Assembly (NCBI RefSeq): GCF_009914755.1
Contig: NC_060935.1
DNA: 64,000 bases
Direction: 5' to 3' (one strand)
From: the human T2T-CHM13v2.0 reference genome, Homo sapiens
Part shown: one piece after another, positions 56,401 through 64,000 of the stretch
How the letters are laid out: each line of letters begins with the position of its first letter
How positions within the stretch are numbered: the first letter of the stretch is position 1
Program-made: the position numbers and the translations under genes
The notes under the pieces: generated by a model
Databases searched by the model: none
What the model was told of the DNA's origin: nothing
Seen by the model: the letters and a program-made list of their open reading frames with translations, nothing else

Positions 56401-57830
56401 TAGTGACCTTCTTTGTCTCTTTTCACAGTATTTAACATGTATGCTATTTTATCAGATAGAAGTATAACCACTCTTGCTCTTTTTTGGTTTCTACTTGCAT
56501 AGAATTTCTTTTTCCATCCCTTCACATTCAGTCTGTATCTGTATAAGTGAGGTGGGTTTCTTGTAGGCAGCATATAATTGAGTCTTGTTTCTTATCCATT
56601 CAGTCATTCTATGTCTTTTAGTTTTGGAGAATTGAGCTCATGTAAATTTAGAGTTGTTATTGATAAGTAAGTACTTCTATTGCCATTTTGTGGCTTGTTC
56701 TCTGTTTGTCATGTAACTCATCTCTTCCTTTGTTCCTTTTTTACTGTCTTCCTTTGTGGTTAAGGGTTATTCTCGGGTAGTATGTTTGAATTCATTGCTT
56801 TTTATTTTTAGTGTATCTATTACAGATTTTTTTTCATTGAGTTACCATGAGGTTTACAAAAATATCTTATAGATATAACAAATTATTTTAAACAGATGAC
56901 AACTTACCTTAGATCACTAAAAAAAAAACAGGAACAAAGAAAGAAAACAGCTTTTAAAGAATTCTACAATTCAATTCCATCCCTCCCACATTTTAACTTT
57001 TTGTTGTCTCAATTTACATATTTTTACACTGCCTATTTCTTAACAAATGGCTGTACTATTATTGCTTTTGACAGATTTGTCTTTTAGGCTTCATACTAGA
57101 GTTATGAGTGAATGACCCACCACAATTTTAGTATTAGAGTATTCTGGGGTTATCTGTGTATTTAATTTTACCAGTGGGTTTTATACCTTCAAAAAAAATT
57201 TTTTTTGCATGTTAGTGTTTTTTTTTGTTTTTTGGTTTTTTTTTTCAGATTAACTAACTTCTCTTAGCATTTCTTGTAAGATGGGTCTGGTGGTGGTAAT
57301 TCTCTCAGCTTTTGTTTATCTGAGAAAGACTTTATCTCTTTTTCATATTCAAAGGGTAGCTTTGCTGGATGCCATATTCTTGGGTGGCAGGGTTTGTTTT
57401 TTTTTCAGCACTTTGAACATGTTGTCCTCCTCCCCCATGACCTGAGTGGTTTCCATTCAGAAGTCTGTTGTCAGACAAATTGGAGCTCCTTTTGTATGTT
57501 ATTTGCTTCTTTTCTCTTACTGCTTTTAGGGTCCTCTCTTTGTCCTTGACTTTTAAGAGTTTGATTAGCATGTGCCTTAGGGTAGTCTTATTTGGGTCAA
57601 ACCTGTTTGGTGTTCTCTGACCTTCCTGCATGTGGATATTTATATCTTTCTTAAGTTTAGAAAGTTTTTTTGTTCTTTTTTTTTTTGAATAAGCTTTCTA
57701 TGCTTTGCTCTTGTTCAACTCTCTCTCGGATACCAATAATTCTTAGATTTATTCTTTTGAGGTAATTTTCTATATTGTACAAATCATCTTTGTTCCTTTT
57801 CTTTCTTTTTTCTCCTCTATTTTCAAATAG

Positions 57831-58148
<318 letters not shown>

Positions 58149-59313
58149 TGACTTTGAACTCACTGATTCTTTCCTCTGTGTGATCCATTCTGCTGTTGAA
58201 AGCCTCAAATAAATTTTTCAGTTCAGCAGATGTATTTCTCAGTTCCAAGATTTCTGTTTGGTTTCTTTATTATTATTTAATCTCTTTGTGAAATTTTTCT
58301 GATAAATTTCTGAATTAATAGTCTGTGTTATCTTAGCAATCACTGAGATTCTCTAAAACTGCTATTTTAAATTCTTGGTCAGAGCTCACATATTGCCATC
58401 TCATTAGGGTCAGTCACTCTCCCTTGTTTTGTCCATTTGGGGAAGTCATGGTTCCCTGTTTGCTGTTGTTTTTTGTGCACATCTTTGTTTTTGCATTGAA
58501 GGATTATTTATTTTAGTCGTCTCTGTATGGCTTGTTTTATTTTTTACTGGGTATGTTTGCTTAGAAATTCTTTGTAATTTACCTATTGAAATCTTTTTTT
58601 TTTTTTTTCCTGCTGAGTTGCTACTTCTTTTTGGGCAGTAGATGGTGTCTTAAGCCCAGATTTGCCTTGGCTCTAGTAAACAAATAGAAAACTGCCTGTT
58701 CCAAATTGGGGAATTCCCAAAAGGAATATCCCAATAGTTTTGAAAGGCTGGCTAGGAGTTCATGCCTGGGGAACTTGTGGATGTACCTCCTGCAGCCTAG
58801 TGCCACTGAATCACCACTCTGATTTGGTGTTTCTTTTTGCTGCGTTAAAGAGCAGAATTTCCAGGGCTGTGGATGGTAGTCCTTTCTTTCTCTGGCTTGT
58901 CTCTGGCTGTTGCCAGGGGTATTTTTCCCTTCAGGTACTTACAATGGTTCCTGTGCACTTTGAGGCAGGAAAGGATCTCTTGTCAAAGAACCCAAGATGG
59001 TGGGGAAGCTGGTTATCCACCTCAATATCAGTTTTTCCAGTGTAGAAACCATGAGTCAGAAGAAAATTTTCAACATGCTTTGTGTTGGGAAGACTGTGGA
59101 GAGGGACATTATGGATATGGAAGTTCAATTCTCTTACCATCTGCTTAGAGTTTTTTCACTTCTCTGTGGCCCTTGAAACTCAGTCATCCCCATATTTGAG
59201 TTCTGGGACTTTGCTACTGAAAATCTCAGTGCTATATATTTACTTTTGGTTTTGTGTCAGGAGAGTGAAGCTAGCTTGCTTCTATGCCACCATTTTGGAA
59301 GCAGGAACCTCCA

Positions 59314-59345
<32 letters not shown>

Positions 59346-59779
59346 TTCAGGTTCAGGGGTACATGCACAGGTTTTTTTATGTAGGTAAACTATGTATCAT
59401 GCAGGTTTGGTGTACAGATTATTTCATCACCCAGGTAATAAGCATAGTACCTAAGAGATATCTTTTTATGCTCATTCTCCTCCCGCCCTCCACCTGCAAG
59501 TAGGCCCCAGTGTCCATTGTTCCCTTGTTTGTATCCATGTGTACTCACTGTTTAACTCCCACTTATAAGTGAGAACATGGAGTGTTTGGTTTTCTGTTCT
59601 TGTGTTAGTTGACTTAGGATAATGGTCTCCAGCTCCATCCATGTTGCTGTGAAGGACTTGATATCATTTTTTATGGCTGTGTAGTATTCCATTGTGTATA
59701 TGTACCACATTTTCTTTATTGAGTCTACCATTGATGGGCATTTAGGTTGACTCCATGTCTTTGCTATTATGAATAGTGC
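59314..59779 (-). mobile_element. Older L1PA/L1PB 3' end with polyA
   Basis: Poly-T then caggggtacatg...gtttggtgtacagattatttcatcacccaggtaataagcatagtacc. Confidence 0.85.
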
Positions 59780-59789
59780 CCTCTATTAA

Positions 59790-59859
59790 AAAATTATGAG
59801 AACACCATCATATATGCAGTCTGTCATTGACCAAAATGTCATTATATAGCACATGACTA
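59790..59859 (+). mobile_element. Tigger3 right end (TIR) followed by TA
   Basis: caccatcatatatgcagtctgtcattgaccaaaatgtcattatatagcacatgacta|ta matches the Tigger3 3' terminus. Confidence 0.75.
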
Positions 59860-60912
59860 TATTTGCAAAAATAAAACCAGTTCCAAGCAATATGGAGGTG
59901 ATGGTTTGGATGATTTTGTAACTTTGCTCCTTCCCCTCTGGTTTGATAAATCCACTATCCCTCTTTCTCTCCCAGCTTGAGTAGAGACAGAAAAGTACCC
60001 CCGAAAAATGAATGTGTAAGAAATAGATACATGAAATATATTTTGAGAAATATTTCAAGTTAACCAGCTAAAGACATTTTAAAATTCAATAAATAGACAA
60101 GAGCAACATCTTGTTGCTTGCATTTTTTTTCCCCTTGATCATAATTACATTTGTGGAAGGGCCACATTGGCCATTTGGCTTCAGCTGTACAAATTTCAGG
60201 GAATTTCAATGTGGTGCTAAGGGCCAGTTCCAGAAACTAGGATTTAGAGCAATATCAACAGCAGTAGAAATTATTGAATGTTTTCCTGTATGTATGCTAA
60301 AGCAATTTAACATTATTTCAGCTAAAATGTTTTTAAATTCTTAATGCAATTTAATCTTAAAAATGATCTAGTTAAGTTGCTAATAAATTTTATTTTAAAT
60401 TAAAATTATTTAACCCAACTCCTTCACTTTACCAGTGAAGAAAAGGGTGAAGTAGGGAAGGATTGGTCTTATTTATTGAAACAAAGAGAAATACCAAAGA
60501 ATCTTTTTTAAAGAATTAATTCTGGGAGAAAAGAGGGGTTCACAGAATTCCAGGGGTAGGGAGAGGGGCAGTGAACAAGCCTCCTACTTAGGAGGAAAGA
60601 GCTGGGCCAACTTGTAGTTTTGCCAGCTACTGGAATTGAGCAAACTTAACTTTGCTTTTCACATTTAAAGGCAAAGCCTTATGAAAGCTGCAAATAAATT
60701 TTACCTTGTCGGTGCTTCCCAATGAATAAGCACAAAGAAAACACAAAGAACTCATAGACCCCACACTGGGATAAACCAAGGCACTGAGAAAACAAGCATA
60801 TGCCCATGATCACACAGCAAAATCAAGCTTAGGGAGTTCTGGGTGCTACACACATTCATTCATCACTAGCTCTTCCATTGGATAAAATATTTTTTTCTTT
60901 ATAAAACACTTA

Positions 60913-61255
60913 AGACTTCATTTTTAGAGCAATTTTAGGTTCACAGCAAAATTAAGAAGAAGGTATAGAAATTCCCCACATACCCTCCCTCCCACAATTG
61001 CACAGCCTCCCCATTATCAACATCCCCACTAGAGCTGTGCATTTGTTACAACTGATGAACCTACATGGACTCATCATTATCACTGGAGCCCACAGTTTAC
61101 ATTAGGGTTCACTCTTGGTCTTATACATTCTATGGGTTTGGAAAAATGTCTAATGACATGTACCCACCATTAGAGTATCCTACAGAGTGGTTTTACTGCC
61201 CTAAGAATTCTCTGTTCTCTGCCTATTCATCCCTGCACAACCCTCCCCGCCCCCA
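60913..61255 (-). mobile_element. L1MC1/2 3' end fragment
   Basis: ttttagagcaattttaggttcacagcaaaatt...tttgttacaactgatgaacctaca...tttacattagggttcactcttgg. Confidence 0.8.
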
Positions 61256-63493
61256 CCCCCGGAAACAGTACACTTTTTATCCCCCCAAAAAAAGAGTTCC
61301 TTGTGAAAATGTTTGGAAAATGAAGGAAAGTCTAAATAAGGAAATTAAAGGTATTCAGAAAAGATGTCAACATTTTGATGTCTATCCTTCAAGTCATGTT
61401 TTCAATGGGCATATATATCCACATGTAGGTATTAACAAATGTATAAACATAGAGTCTTATTATCTCTCAAAATTGGTAATATGTTTTATTTTAGAAACTG
61501 TTTCTTTTCTTGTATCACGAACGTTTTCTCTTGGCATTGAATAGTTTTTATACGAAATTTTAAATTGCTGCATAATTATTCTATGTGTGCAAGTGCTCCC
61601 CTGATCCCCTCTTTAAAATCAGAATAAAAAAATATTAAGACAGTTGCAAAGTATTTTGGCATCATAAGTCCAAACACTTCTCTCAACTTCCATGGTTATG
61701 GGCAGCCATCCTGGCATCTCCTATCTAAAGTGGGAAGTCCAGTTATATTAGTCCAGCCCTGTTCCTTTCAGAATTCACTTTGGCAAATGTAAGACATTTA
61801 ACCTCTTGGTCCTGTTTCATCAATGAGAATAGCAAGTCATTGAAAACAATGCTGACCAACTGGCACAGGTTCAGCTTTCATATATTTAGTAAACAAATGA
61901 ATGAATGAGTGAGTGAAAGAAAGCTGTCATAATCATCATCATCTTGCACAGCCCCTCACCAGGCTGACAAAATGTGCTTTACAACTATCCAATACTGGTC
62001 CGTTTCTACTGCTGATAGATGGAGAAGCATGTAATCCCTCAAACAGCAGGGGCTTAGCTATGCAGAAGGACAGGAGCAGCAAATGTGCCCCTCAGGCATC
62101 GTCTGCAAGTGCAATGTCTTCAACATTATATTTTAAGAAAATATGTTGCCATGATGGCTGTTAAGGTCAACCTGAAAAGACTCTGAGGATTCTGTACAAA
62201 CACAAGGGTCAGGCTGTTCCAGACCAAATAGAAACATCAGATGTCAGACTAAAGGCCCTGGCCAAGACCACCCCAGAAGGTGGCAAAGAAAGACACTTTT
62301 GTCATGTGCCTGTTCCTCTTCCTTGATGTTAAAACCTACCTTTGAGTCCACCAAAAGCCCCACAGCTCTCCCTTCTAACCACATTTAATTAAAATTTCTA
62401 CTGAGGTTTTATTTTTACCGTCTGAATTCTATAAACTTTCTGAGACCAGAGGGAGAAAAAAGGACATAGGAAACAGAGAGAGATACAACTAGGCAGCTTG
62501 GGCTCCTCACCCATCCCTACTCACTGCCCCCTCATCTTGTGCTGTCTGAATCTCTGGTATTGATGTCTAAGCAGCACACAACATTCCTAACCGCTGGAGG
62601 ATCTGACCACCGGCTCCATGGGGCTGATGACACCGACAAGGCCAAGCAGGAATGATGAGACTGTGAGTCAGAGGCGACAGATTGCTTGCTGGGGCTCTTG
62701 GTGATTCTATCCCTCCCCCTGAGCTTTTGAGAGCCAACCTGTCACCAAGTGACCCTCAGTCTAGCCTGGCTGGATCTCAACCTCGGTGACCTCAGTCTTC
62801 TCCTTCCTTCTCACAGCTGCTCCTGTTAACAGCATACTGACAGCTGGAGAATCAAGGCCATCATCACCCTCCCTTTGGGTACCAGGAGTGATAAAACTTT
62901 CAATGGATTTGCTAGAAATCTGATTTTTTATCATGTACCCTGAGGAGAGGTAGAGGATCGAAAATGAATGTGTTGCTTTCTTTCCTTTCTCATCCTTTAT
63001 TAAGCACACTGTCTCACACTGTGGCTTTTCATTCATCCTCCTCTACACCCAGCACCCACTAAGGATATATATGAGCCCTTGACACATACCAGCTCATTAT
63101 ATTCTCATAACCTCCCTTTGAGGTAGGTTATTTTCTTCATTTAGCAGATAAGGAAACAGGGTAAATAAATTGCCCCAGGTAACACGGCTTTCAGGTGAAA
63201 AGAAAGATCAGAACTCAGCTTTTTGGGGCCAAAGCCTTGCTCTTTCCAACACAATAATTGGTTCCTGAGAGTTCATGCCTCTGACTTTACAGTTGAAGAA
63301 GAAAGCAGCATTGGTGAGTAGAAACATCCAGAAATGAGGCTGCCCAAATTTGAATCCCAGCTCCACCAGTTCCCAGGTGGCCTTGGGCGAGTCACTAAAC
63401 TTCTTAGTTTTCTCGTCTGTGAAATGTGGGTAATAATAGTACTTCTTCATGGTTGTGATGAGTATACAAAACCTAATAAAAGGAAAATGGTTA

Positions 63494-63790
<297 letters not shown>

Positions 63791-64000
63791 AGGAAAGTGG
63801 CGAGCAGGATGCTCAGTAAGCACTTAGTGTTATCATGTTTAAGATCAACAATCATGCTCTGAGTCTTATCAGTAGTCTATTCAGAACAGAGCTCTGCTTC
63901 CAATAGTGACACCAAAGGAAAGTTTAGGGGAGATATTGTTATATTCTGAGATCACTGAAAATGGTTGATGAATAACCTGTTTCAGATACTAATAGCAAAC

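Overview
Primate (human-like) genomic DNA lying entirely inside the minus-strand gene PAMR1 (RAMP; a secreted CUB/EGF/Sushi/inactive serine-protease protein). Five constitutive coding exons are recoverable with canonical GT-AG sites and matching phases: 44922-45098, 42871-42999, 25464-25578, 21435-21652 and 18835-18942. They encode a Cys-rich N-terminal module, an EGF-like module, a CUB domain and an EGF domain. The signal-peptide exon lies beyond the right edge and the Sushi/protease exons beyond the left edge. A sixth, 51-nt in-frame cassette exon (2722-2772, LLEAGKSKIKASEDSLS) lies entirely within an antisense MLT1A0 MaLR solo LTR, so it is an exonised retroviral LTR. The rest is intron rich in Alu, L1, L2, MIR, MaLR/ERVL LTRs and DNA transposons, including a nested Tigger3/L1/Alu stack, plus several short tandem duplications and a strong CTCF motif. 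Repeat subfamily names come from recalled consensus sequences, not a RepeatMasker run. I found no evidence of a wholly new gene system. The most interesting signals are the LTR-derived exon and two in-frame exon blocks flanked by inverted Alus.
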